Part shown: one piece after another, positions 40,601-53,586 of the stretch
Layout of the letters: every line of letters begins with the position of its first letter
Numbering within the stretch: the first letter of the stretch is position 1
DNA from: Trichoplax sp. H2
Taxonomy: Eukaryota
Assembly: GCA_003344405.1 (NCBI GenBank)
Contig: NOWV01000002.1
Location: 992,001 to 1,056,000 of the forward strand
Length of the DNA: 64,000 nucleotides
Direction of reading: 5' to 3'
Translations under genes and position numbers: made by a program
Notes under the pieces: model-generated
The model's input: only the letters and a program-made list of their open reading frames with translations
Databases searched by the model: none
Told to the model about the DNA's origin: nothing

Positions 40601-40726
40601 ATTCATCACGCGGTGAAGAAAATTATTCAATTAGAAAGTAGACTTGATAAATTAAGTCAACAGTTTAACACCATGCAAGAGCTACTAACAGTAAATAAAG
40701 ATAATAATAGTAATACTACTTTCTAA
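37638..40726 (+). CDS. SEL1-like repeat protein 3 with N-terminal MGNSLTAK and C-terminal coiled coils
   Basis: Large exon 37638-39333 (HFQLGYIYHRGLGSIPQNLEKAFYHYQIAA; IACMYHDGHGVVANKSTALHYYKKAS; LAIMYENGLGVKKDLQIAIRYY). In-frame exons 40088-40342 and 40560-40726 (IIQLESRLDKLSQQFNTMQELL..TTF*). Confidence 0.9.
39590..39965. repeat. Diverged direct repeat, period about 210 bp, in an SLR3 intron
   Basis: acggtag.taa, ttcgc..aatta, ctattaca.gag.tagat.ctc and tacaatta are each present twice. Confidence 0.6.
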
Positions 40727-41816
40727 ACTCGGCGGTAGTTTGAAAATGATATCATACTTGGCTTGATAAATTATACATCAACTATAGAGTGTTACTTTAC
40801 TATACAACTCTATCACTTAGTAATTGTTAGCTTTTTAACCATTCTACAATAATACTCGGATCAAAATTTATGATCCATGTAGCTGGAGTGTTCTTTTGCG
40901 ATAATGTTTGGTAATAATACTTATCTCAAGTCAATATTTTAGATCAAGCTCAAATGGTTTATTTAATATATGTACTGTACTTATTTAAACATCAGGTTAA
41001 AAAGGAGTGGTATCACAGTATAGAACTATCACCTTTATTTATAATAGTATACTCTTAATTCATGACAATAATAACTGGTTAAAATAATACTCTATGTACG
41101 ATTCCTTAACGATGGAAATCGTTAATCTGCAAAATAACTACAATTTCTCAAAATATCAGATATTTATATTTATCATCGTAACTATAAGCAATCAAGGGCT
41201 AAATTATTATTACAAAATTATAATATCCTGTTAATACTCAAATAATATAAAATTCTAATATACATGAGCACCATACAGAGTGCTTTTTGTTGCATTTTAT
41301 ACTCATTGGCCTTGCGATCGCCATTTATCCTAAAGCAGAATAATATTAACTTAAACTTTTATGTAATATTGGTATTTTATGAACAGCTATAGAGCAATAA
41401 AGTTAATCTTGTTAATGCATACATCAAATAGAACTGATGTGCAAAGATCTTATAAGCTATACGTTATTTTTTTAAAAACTATTTGTTCGCAATTGTAGAC
41501 GGCATGTCAAGTTATACTAAATTGATACACGTTATACTAATCGTAATAATGCATTAAAATAAATTCATTCAGTACTGCAGAAAATTGCGCTACAGCTATA
41601 GTATTCCGTTGAATTGCAGAATGTACAAATCGAATTGACATCATACTAATTAATTTATAATCTAACTAATGAAGATAAACATCAATATAATCATTTTACG
41701 AGCAGTCAGCAAGAAATAGACGTCTCACACTCATGTAAATTAAGTATAAAAAGTATTTGCAATAGAGAGGTTCTGGTGTTACTGTAAGTAGTTTATTAAT
41801 ACATTTATTATGACTC

Positions 41817-44800
41817 TTAGCCTAAATTAATCTCTACATCTGGTACTGAAACTTGATCCAAAGATACTAATTTCTTTAACTCCTCTAAGCTGGACACAAA
41901 TTTGATCTTCCTGCCAAATTTAGGGCTAAACAAATAAACAGGAGAACATCAATCCGTCATTTCAATAATATCAAATATAGAATAATGTGCATAAAAATTG
42001 TGCGATCACTGGCGATGATTTCTTGAAACTATTAGCTCAGAAAGTAATGCAGATCTACGGATAACATTGTTAAGAAATACTAACCTAATAAAGAGCTTTG
42101 TAAGCCTAACGACTGTTTTCAGTTTAAACGATGGGCGAAGTATATATAAGCCTTGTAAATTCTTTCGCAATCTAACATTACAATAGTGGAATATCATGTG
42201 TTGTCGCATTTTATAGTCCAGAATCGATGTTGAAGTACAATGACACGATCTATGTCCATAAACAAGTACGATCTAACTGTTAAAAGCATATTTTGACTAA
42301 CCTTCTGTCTATAGTTTTGTAACACTTTTTAAGCCACTTAAAGCTAGGGAATGAATCTTTAGACATTCCTCCATTGAAAAATATTATTCGATATTGTTGT
42401 ACAACCAGGGTTTCCACTGTACTCATGACATATCTAAAATTACGAGAAATCCGAAATGCGATGTAAATAAAATCAATAGAAAATTAACTTCAAAGCTAAA
42501 CGTAAAGTATATACGCGTACGTAACCACATACAAAAATAAATGGTCCAGGATATAGCTGTAATTAGGTTCTGATTTCTTAGGCATGTAACAACCCGAAAA
42601 TACAATTAGAGCGCTACCGTCGTGCGTATAGCCTGAAATTTGATAAGTAAGCAATTAATAAAACTATCCTCATTTAGGAATTTATAAGACTGCATCACTA
42701 TGTTATTACCAAATAATATCGTTTTTTCGTGATGCAACTAACCTCCGTGGCTGACCACCTTTCTGTAGGCTTCCACGATTCTAAGATCAAGTTCCTTTGA
42801 TTCTCCTCCAATATTAACTAAGCGCCATGTACGAGTATCTGATAGTTCTTCCTCTGCTGTATATTCTTCAATAGCATCTGGGTCAATATTGCTACCATAC
42901 ATTTTACACGAAACAATAACACATTAGCCGTCGAAATGTAGTTAGCAAATCTACAATAAAGGTATTTACACACACAAAAAAGAGGTAAAATAAATTATAA
43001 TCCTGATAAATAAGATACAGCAGCGGATATACCTAATAGATCGTGGCACTTTTAGTTTCCTTGGCTGCGATTTCGATTTAGGCAGAGTATCATCTTCAGT
43101 TGCTCCACTTGTGCTTTCCTGTTTGGTATTTTCCGGTATGCTTTCGGTTGAGGGTGGTATACTAGCAGTGCTATCATCGGCAGTTGCTGCTGGCGAAGTT
43201 AAAGATGTAGAAAGCGTCGCTGGGACTTTCAATACTGATTTACGTTTACCTTCTCTATTAAATGAAGATGGCCGAGCTACAGGAGATTGATTATTTTGAC
43301 TGTTGCCAGCAACTGCCTCTGTGTTATCTTGCTCTTTAGTATCGGTTAGTTCACTTTCGATATTTTCACTACCTGTAACTTCAACTTCCCCCGATGATAA
43401 ATTAGTATCTTTGGAATCAAGCGTGCTTATTTTATTATCCACAGGCTTATAGGCGTATTTATCGTTTTCCGTAGCGGTATTGCTATTACCAGAGTTTATC
43501 TGAATTAATCTAGAATCGCTAAGCGCATCAGTTATAGCACAAGCTGTTATTCTGCAAGCAACAGGCTCAGCAGTTGTAGTCATATTGTCAACTTTTTCAG
43601 TATCATGGTCCAGGTTGCATTGTTTATCTAATGGAGCATCATCTTTAATTCTATTATCTTGACTATCAGTTAAAATTTCTCTTTGTTTTAAACTATCAGA
43701 TTCGTGTTCTACTTTACCAGCTATTTCTATGTTACTACTATTATCTAACTCAATAGTATTTACGTCTTCTACTATACTCTGACTAGTGTGATCGCATTCT
43801 GACTCACTCTGATTAGAAACTGATGTCGCATCTATAGTACTATCATTTGTAGACGATTGTGGAATATTTGTAGGACTAGACGCTGCGATAATAATTGTAG
43901 AATTAATCTCATTGTCAACATTTTCAGTTACGGATTCCTCATGATTCGATTCAACTTCAATACCATCTTGATTTGCAACTAATGTAGCATCTAATAAGGA
44001 ATCATTCAAACATGATTCTACAGCGATTTCAGAATTAGATGCTGCAATGATCGTTGCATTTACATCATGATTAACGCTTGGGTTTTTAGGTTCTTCTTGG
44101 GGTGTATCAAGCGTTTTTTCGACGATATTATTCATAAAAGCTGTAGATTGATCTTTACTATCTTGAATGCATGTTTCGTAATTGGATACTGATAAATTCG
44201 TAGTTTGTAATCCTTCATCTTTATCCATTATGCTACTATCAGCCATAACGACAGTGGATTGGAGCATGCTTTGATTTCCAGTAAAAGAGTTCTGATCGTA
44301 AGATTTGCTATTTGATTGCTCATCATTAATATATGAAGTTTCATTATCCGCGACCGAATCTCCAATAGCTGTGCAAAACTGTACATTAGATTCATCCTCC
44401 GCGAGACTAGATACAGTTGTTCGATCTGCAATATTTTGGCCTTGATTTGTCTTGTCTAAATTAAACATTCCCTCTCGTCTCGGAGATTCCTCAGGAATAG
44501 GTGAAAGTTCAGGTAAATAAATGGCATCAGTCTGCGGTATATCTTCAGGAGCAGATACGTCAATAGCCTTTGGTTTATATATGTTTGCTATGCTATTATC
44601 TGCGTTATGTGAGGACGATTCGCAAACGTCGTTAGAAGTTTCAGGAAAGGAAACGGTAGTTGTGACATTGTATGAAGGTGATTCTTCATCAATAGGAGAT
44701 AAAGGAGTTGACTGACTATTTTCCGACGTGTCCACTACTTTTAACTCATGAGAAGCAACATTCTTCGTGTCAGTTTCCCCTAATGACCTGTAAGATAATA

Positions 44801-47800
44801 TTTTTTTGTTCAATGTATTTTCTTGTTGATAATTTAAGTTTTCCAGTGGTTCATTCACATCATATGATGCAGTCACTTCACTGTCGCTATTATCAGAGAT
44901 CTCTAAGGTACCCTCGGCTTGATTTTCATCGATAATAGTTGCCGAAGTCGGCGAACTTTCTGATTCCAAGTTTAGTTTAGAAACTTTTAACAATTTTACA
45001 GATTCTTCTGTAGTCGTTTCCAATTCGGGCGACGCAAGGTCTACGTATTCGTTGTTCACCTGATTCACAGTGTAGCTACCAGAATTTTGTGATTCATCAT
45101 CATTATTATTAACAATAATATCTTCGTTATCTACTTTCTCTATGCTATCATGTGGATCAGGTGCAATTTTATCGGTGCTGTCAGCATTACTGGCAACACT
45201 AAAAGCATCACTATTAGAATTAGCAGTTGAAACATTTATAGGCTCAGCGTGCGGCGTGATATCAGCAATAAGTGCAGCTAAAGCAGAATTAAAAAGAGTA
45301 GTGCTACATTACAAACTATGAGTAACTTATACGCGATAGACAATTGCCCGATATGCGAATGTGCGACCATCCATACTAAAAAAATAAATTAAAAATTTAC
45401 CATCACTTGTACAGATTTCACTATTCATGTTTTCCGTCTTGGTTTCATTCTCTAGCGATTTCAAGCTATAGTATACATTAGCGAGAGTAATAACATCACG
45501 ATTAGAGATTGAAAATGATATCTAAGTCATATATATATATATATAGTTATCAAATGTAAAATAAGTGATTCCATGTAACCTTACGGCATTTAACAAACAT
45601 ATAAATTAGCTACCTTTCGCTAACTAACATTACTAAATAAATTACAATCGTCAAAGAATAAAAGTGTATTTTATAATTTGTTATAATTAGACAACAATGA
45701 TTATTTAAATACTAACCCTGTATTTAAAAATTCCTTCACTAAGGGCATAATGACTTTTCGCGAATCTTTAACGTTAAGCTGTTTGAATATTTGCATACAC
45801 GGATGAGGACAATCAACTGCTTCAATTTTCAAAGTTGGAGCACGAGATAGGAAAAGGCCAATTTTTGTCCCATTATCATTACATGCTTTCTCATAGACCA
45901 GTAATTGACGTTTAGCAATGTCAGATTCGAAGTAGAAGGACATAATGACAAAGCCAGCTAAATTCTTTTCATCGCCAAATGCCGACACATCGTTAACGAA
46001 CTGATTACGTTGAATAAATTCTTCCATTGGGATAGTAACGGAACTGATACCCACAGATTGGTCCAAGGCAGCTATGGATTTATAATCTTTCCTTAATAAA
46101 TCATACGTACTAAGATGGCTAATGTTAAATTTAGCTTCCTTCATCTTGTCATATAGTTCCAATCTACTAAAGGGTAATTCATCAAAGTCGACATAGGTTT
46201 CTAATTTATTGGCAATTTCTATATCTTTCTCAGTAGTCCGAGCAAAATTCACATCTAGATTTGCGGTATCGACAATTATCGCCGATAATAGGAGTAAACC
46301 AACCTAAAAAGTAAAATTTCGTACATGTTTAACTCGAAATGAAGTATTAAACGACGAAGATATTATTTAACATTTTCGTAGCATTTGCGTTAATTTTAAT
46401 TTCGTAAGTTGTTATACTTCTGTTACCTCATTATCAATTAGAGAACAATCACCATCCATCAGCTGTTCAGCAATAAGCGTTGCGCAAGAACCCACCGGTT
46501 CAAGAATAATATCACATTCTGGAAATTGATCTTCATCCAAGTGATGGTCAACTATATCTGTAATACAATCTGCTAATTGTTCATGTTTATTGGATAAGCG
46601 ATTGTGATCGACAATTGTTAAGCTAAGTTTATTAACGTCATAAAGGGCTTGGAGATCGATTTCATCAGCAAATGTTAACAGATTCTCTTTCAATTTAATT
46701 GATTTGAATAGATATGAGATCTCCGCTCGTAATTGAAAATCTTTCCTAGGGATGTCAATAACTGGTATGACCCGCACGTTACTTTCTGTTAAGCTCCTCT
46801 ATAATGGTAATATACAAAAATGTAGACATTTTTTTAAATTTGTGACTAACTTTTAATTTGCTGGGATAAAAATTTCTTCTTATGCCATATGCATGTGATA
46901 CCATGTGGTTGCTAACTGCAACAGCTCAAATATATGACACCATTATACCGTAGTAACGATTACATAATTATGTCAAGAAAAATCTGGATTATGGGAAATT
47001 CCGAATTTATGAAAATTAGCATCATCCGTGCTAGATTTTTTTTTACATTTTGCAAAATTACCAACCCTATCTAACTTTAGATCACTTGCTACGCTCATAT
47101 CTGGTAATATTAATAGCCCATTCAAGTAGTCTACCGACTCAAACCATAATTATTTAAGATTCATGCTGCACTATAGTAACATTCATCGTAACTGATACCA
47201 ACAAACATTATACATCTATTGATGATAAATGTATACGACATTCAAGGGTTACCGGATATTATACTTTATGAAAATTCTAGCAATGTATCAATTACTACGT
47301 TTCTTTATCAAAGTTACCAGTCTCTGATAATCTGATAACCGACCAGTAATATATTAAACTAAATTTTCCCGATAAATTTATACGAATTTAGTGCTCTTAA
47401 TCCTCTTATACTGTCTAAGTACAGTACATACTATAGTACAAATGATTAATTATCAATTCATCCTGCTACTTCAATATCATTACATAAACGATTGTAGTAG
47501 TTCATTCTGTAACGAATATATGATGATACCCATGATTACATCTATTACGGTACATTATACTTCATATTATTTAGTAGAACATATAGTAGCTATTGCATCC
47601 TAACTACAATAATTATCGCAAGAATATAATCGTACGCAAATGTAGTATAATGTACGCAAGTTGCTATTACTGTAGTCGATTAAATGTGATAGCTTATCCA
47701 GCCACAAGAAACATAATTGGATATCAGTAAGAATCTTCATCTCACATTTATAAATGAAATATCTCTGATATATATGAATAATATATAGAATACGAGAGGA

Positions 47801-48511
47801 TAAAAGTTATCGACGTCTTATACCATCTAATGCACTACTTCTATTAAGCATAGGGTGTTGCATAATACACATGCAGACTAAATGCGCTTGCATATAATGA
47901 GCAACTATAATTCAAAAATTCTTTACTCTGGTTATGTAAAATAAGACTATAACATTACAGATCCGTTCTTAATTAACTAACGTATATGTATTGTAAGGCG
48001 ATGAAATATTGATTGGCCGAAAGCATTATATTGTTTGTAAAGTGGAAATAAACAGTATTACTTATTATTCATAGTTAACCATCAACACTATATTATTTGT
48101 ACCATAAACAGTAGTTTCGCTATACTTTGTCATCAATGATTCAATTTATTTTTTCTAGTATCTTACCTGAGCTAGAAAATAGGCATACGTTATTGAACAA
48201 ACTATGGAATCTAAATCTGCTGCTTCATTCCCCATAACTATATGAATATTTTCTTTGACTTCAACAAGGGATGACTAGAAAAAAAAGGATTAACATGTAA
48301 ATTAATTTAAGATAGGCAAATTTCGCCACTTTAAAATTTTAAAATGAAAAATAGTTCTATAGTAATAAGTGAAGTTTCCAAAAGCATAAAATAAAATCTG
48401 TACACAGAGTAATTTTTTAGAGAGACTAATCTGTAATAAACTTAAAAAATAGATCACCCGTGTTTACAGTGGCACGACAACAATTAAGAAAAAAATTATA
48501 GGATACATCCT
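41817..48511 (-). CDS. PRUNE2: PRUNE2-like protein: DHH/DHHA2 phosphoesterase + long acidic linker + BNIP2-type BCH domain; first coding exon unresolved
   Basis: Exons 48511-48468 (FLNCCRAT), 48274-48167 (IVMGNEAADLDS), 46798-46427 (IVDHN, IVDHH, VGSCATL), 46303-45717 (LLRKDYK, SRKVIMP), 45465-45401, 45277-43033 (S/T/D/E/N-rich), 42891-42743 (EEYTAEEE..WRLV..YRKVVSHGG), 42632-42532, 42433-42302 (WLKKCYKTIDR), 42171-42085 (LRKNL), 41925-41817. Intron phases are compatible throughout. Confidence 0.85.
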
Positions 48512-51500
48512 CTACAAATGTTCACACGATGAGGTACTAGTCAATTCATTACTCTCTATATTCTGAACGTTAATTTATCTACACTGTTGGCTCGTTTTTC
48601 GGCTTCATTGTCAAATAAATTTCTAAGTTTTTATAATATTAATGCAGTGCTTATTTAATAAAGACAACAACTACTTCCTATATGTACAGTACTAGGGTAA
48701 ATTAATTATTTCCGCCATGAAATCAAACTTGAAGCAAGTTCGATCAAGATAAAACTTGCTATCCAAGTAATAGTGCAATTAATGCCGTTTCTCTATTAAC
48801 GGTACATTAGATTTCATAGTCGAGATTACCAGTGTGATGGAATACGATATCAATCCGGTTATCATCATGCAAACATTATAAAATAACTTAAAAATTAAAA
48901 TTAATCCATGGTACTGTATCGCGGGCTATGATAACATTGTTCGCATTTAATCATCTTTTATCTTAAAATTGTTATTTCTCCCTTTCCCCTCCCCCCCCCT
49001 CAAAAATAAAAATAAAAGGAAGATGGATGATACGATCATACTGTGTCTTCTTGCTGGCATAAAATCAAGTAAGAATATCGATTAGAAATTGTAGATAAAA
49101 AAGTTGGCGTCATAACGTATGGAAATGCTCGTTTTATGGTAGCTTGTGAAGGGGTTCATTTTATTTCGATCGCTGCTACCTATGTACGAGTATAATTATT
49201 CAAACAATTCAACTACTGAGGTAATAATATTCTTATGATGATGAAAATAATATTAGATATCGGTATGGTCAAGTTGAAAAAATTAGTAAGCTTCTTCCGA
49301 TCGTGTTAATCAATAATTCATTAATCGTCCTATCTTTGGCTATAGAAAGTATCATAGCTACGATAAGATCAATGTGTGTCGTTTATGATTAGTCTAGGAA
49401 AAATGAAGCCTACTTGAACATGTCCTATTGGAAGACTATCTTGCACCTTGGCTGTAGTATTAAAATCATCATGTACGGTTAGTACACAAGATCGTTCCAT
49501 GTTAGCATCAATATTAGCATAACTAAACAATTGAGTATAGTATATCCACGATACGAATGACAGATTATTCCAAGTGACGATATTATGCAAAGACGTCAAG
49601 GTATGAATGTGGTTTCTTTAAAAAAGATCGCAGCACTTGATGAGTGAATAATTCAGGTATAAAACCAATGTTACGTGTATACTAGACCTGATAGCATTTT
49701 CAAGCATGTGTCGAGGATAACGAAGTCAAATGTATTCCTACATCGCTATTGCTAGCATTTATTTCCTGTCCACTCTTATAGAAGAAGAATCCCGCATGAT
49801 CGTAAAAATAATAAGGGTAGCAAGCCTATACCTTGAACTACCTTCACATAACCTAAACTGAATCTTGGTCAACCCATAGGCCAATGATCAACATGGTTCT
49901 ATCGACAGTTGGAAGGCATTTTGTCACTATCCTATCTATCCATGAAGAGTAAGCTATACGCGTACGTGTAGGTATCGATCGATGTTGAACAGCAGCCATT
50001 CATTTATGCATGACATGATGGGATGATTACTGGCTGCTTTGGACAGTACAGTCGTTGATTACCGTTGACAGCGAAAATTTGAAAATGATGAGCGTGTATT
50101 TACTTTCGAATACTTGTACACGGTATTAAGGGATTAATCTGATCTCCATGTCCAACTAGAATCCACTTTGTAAGTAGAACAATAGCGGTACAAACCGTCA
50201 AAATGAATCAAATACATTATTATATCGACGATGTCCACGTTGACTAAAAAAGAAGATTGAAAATTAGCGCGACCTACCATCAAGCTCGCCATGCATGACT
50301 ATCAAAGTGGACGGTAGACCCATCCTTTGACAATCGATTGGGGATCAATTTTCATTGTAAAATGAAGATTTGCAAGAGGATCAAACCACTAAAGGTAGCA
50401 TTGTATCTAATCAGCTTAGCGACGAGTATTAAATACACTCATTGATGAAGAAAAAAATAATTGTATCCAAGCATAGCAAACTATGTGGATTAAGCACATT
50501 GAATCAACCTATCTATCAATGAGGTCGTTTTCATGCGTCTGCATCCGCCTATCGCAATATTGGTGATAGAATGTAATGTTTAACATGAAGATTATTCAAG
50601 ACATATCGGATAGAATATAACCTATCCGATAGTAGCTCAGTATCGATCATTGTAAAGCACTATTTTATCGCATTGGACTGAATTTAGAAAGCCTATCAGC
50701 TAGAATAGAAGCAATTTCAACATACGCCATGTCCACTGATTGAAGAGTAGACTAGCAATAGTACTATGATGTCGCATGCACTCTCATAGGCTTGTAGTAC
50801 TATCGTCTCAGCGAGTATGGTGCCCTTAGGCTAACAGGACACACAACGTCTATTCTCAACCTTGTCTAAAAGAACGATAGATCCACCTTCAGATTTAGCT
50901 TGATAAAGATGTGTTAGCAACTTACATGGGTGTATTTTTTACTTGTTCTGAGATATCTTTCCATGATTTGATGTCAATTTGAAGCAAGGAGGGCAAAAAG
51001 GTGCAAGGTGTTGCAGGCAAATCAGCCTTTTGAAAATGTTCCACATCGAGATGGAAGCTACATACGCTGCCCTCGACACTCTACCATGGACGCTACAACG
51101 TAACCCTTGCTGCTATACTGTACGCAGTAGTACTGCCGAAAAGTCGAGTACAGTATGGACGAATTGGTAGGCTGGTGCCATGGTATGTCATTTCCAGTGC
51201 TTGATGCTACAGTACTGTCGTACAAAGTATTGTAGAATGCAGACTGTACACGGTACAGTCGTGGTGGTCTGGTTCCGGAACGATACGGTAACGTAACGTA
51301 ATGTTGCTTGCATTTTCTACGCAATACTGTTCCTACCCTACTGTATCATGCTCGACTTATGATATTATACTGTAAGAGTACAACAGTGATCGATGGTGAT
51401 GGTATGCTGGGTAGCAGCCTTGCAAAAGCGAGCCTACACTGCTGTTGCCAGACGTGCTACGATCGTACGTGATGTTGACAAAAAACGTGGTGACAATTTT

Positions 51501-51605
51501 TACTGGTCAATTTACTGTACCGGTAGACTGGAACGGGTACGCTTACTGATGGTGACTTCAACTGACCTGATTGGGCGGTACGATCGACCAGACGCGTCAC
51601 CCTAG

Positions 51606-51935
51606 TCGATGGAGTTCGCTCCGTTACCGCACCACAGTACAGTGTACTGTACGCGAACAGAGGCACAGTACTGTACACTGTACAGTTCAAATGACCAGCC
51701 AAATAGCGGGTTGACGTTGTTTTCACGTCAACCGTTTGCACGTCAACCTCAAGTCAATCGACGTGCAGTACTCGATGGAGTTCGCTATGTTACCGTACCA
51801 CAGTACAGTGTACTGTACGCGAACTGAGGCACAGTACTGTACACTGTATAGTTCAAATGACCAGCCAAATAGCGGGTTGACGTTGGTTTCACGTCAACCG
51901 TTTGCACGTCAACCTCAAGTCAATCGACGTGCAGT
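51606..51935. repeat. Near-identical direct tandem duplication, period 166 bp, with internal inverted repeats
   Basis: 51606-51769 vs 51772-51935 show 6 mismatches by eye. Each unit contains ggttgacgt-N7-acgtcaacc, gtacagt-gt-actgtac and acagtactgt. Confidence 0.95.
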
Positions 51936-53586
51936 GCCTTCATTCTTTTGCCTGTCACGCCACCATAATGGCTCCACTCTACTCTACGGTAGACGGCAGG
52001 ATGGATCAGAGACTGCTGACCAAAATGAAACTTTTCAGCAAAGAAGATGAACATTACTGAACTACTCAAACAATTTTTAATTTCTACCACCATTGTATGA
52101 GTGGAGAATGGACACTGTGCTGTACTTGACAAAGTAGCAGTAAGGGATTGTCAACGTTCCAAAAAAACAACGTTTCTCTTGCCTCTTTTGATACAACAGC
52201 AACTCCTTGACCTGAAGTGAATATGATGGTGTCGTGCTGGAAAAGTAGTGAAATAAATGCAATGCTTCAAAATCATCTCCAAAATGATGACACAGTGATA
52301 TACTGTAGGACAGAATCTGCAAATGAATGAATTGATTGCTAAGTTGTATTTCAGTTGTGCTACGCTAACAAAACACGGAGTGCAGCAGCACTCTATTCTT
52401 TGTACTAGTCCTGTATTACAGGGCTTATGTTAATGCTCACACGACATAAAATCGTCTCCATAACTCCAAAATGCCTTTTGCCAAGTATTCTACAACTAGG
52501 ATCATAACTTATCATAGCTGAACCTCTATATCATGCCATATCAAACATCCCGGGCTGATGGACTCTGATCATGATGATAAAAGATATACTACTGTATATA
52601 TTCATGCAACTGCAGTTAGAGGGTAAAGGTGTTCAAGCGCTCGAGCATGTAATTAGCAAATGTGTTGCTTGGCAATTTGGACTGGTAAAGATAACCATCG
52701 AAAAAGGAAATTTTTTTCTCTCCTTTTTCAGATATTTCTGGCTGTAAGTCGTGCTGTGCTGTTGCCAAACATGCATTGCAATAACTTTAAGCTACGATAT
52801 TGAACCCTACTATCTAGGTAAAGATGAAATTGCCCTTAATATCTATGAAAAGCTTTCTAATACATCAATCTAACCTTTTTCTCTACCCCTTCCACCCAAG
52901 TACAAGTTTCTGTAGCAGAGCAGACAGACATTGTACCCTTACTAATTACCTCTACAACGATTACTAAGTTGATCCATGGCCAATTAGTTACGTTCAAATT
53001 ATAGCAATGATAACACAGCATACCGTGGATACTAATAGTATTATTACATAGCTCAATTACACCAGTTATCATAACTTTAATATTACTTAGCTAAAACAAT
53101 CATACCCAAAGGCTCTTTATTGGCAACCATCGATTGAAATTGCAATAACAATTTGCAATTGTTTTCCACAAAATGCCCCCTCATAAATTAAACAAAACAG
53201 CGTTCATTCCATAGAGCAATGGAAATAATATAATCATGTCCTATTCAGACTTGATATTGTTTTAATTAATAAGCACGGCATCTCATTAAAGATGTTGTGC
53301 ATAATGTGGATGAACAGTATACGAAGAATGCAATGGATATCAAATCTCTGCTTACCTTATTGTATTCTCCATCATATTCAGCTCATTTAAGCTAGGATAT
53401 ACAGTACGCTATGGGCATAAGTGAAAAAGCTATATATAGTCAATTTTTATCCTTGATTGAGTAAGATACCTTACGACGTGCTAATTATTACTCGCGATAG
53501 CACTCAACTCACTGAACGGAAATACAATATTAAAAAAAAATAATAGTTAAACCACAATCAATCAGTTCTTTCCTTATAAAGTTCAT

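Noticed and set aside
17825..40726. SLR genes as bacterial contamination or as SEL1L orthologs
   Set aside because: They splice via GT-AG introns to small exons and sit on the same sequence as animal genes. No signal peptide or TM segment typical of SEL1L is visible.
49369..49599. Possible extra 5' coding exon of the PRUNE2-like gene
   Set aside because: It has plausible splice sites but no homology, and joining it needs a weaker acceptor. Left unresolved.
50979..52322. Cluster of short ORFs on both strands
   Set aside because: They arise from locally higher GC and the 166-bp duplication, and show no recognisable domain.
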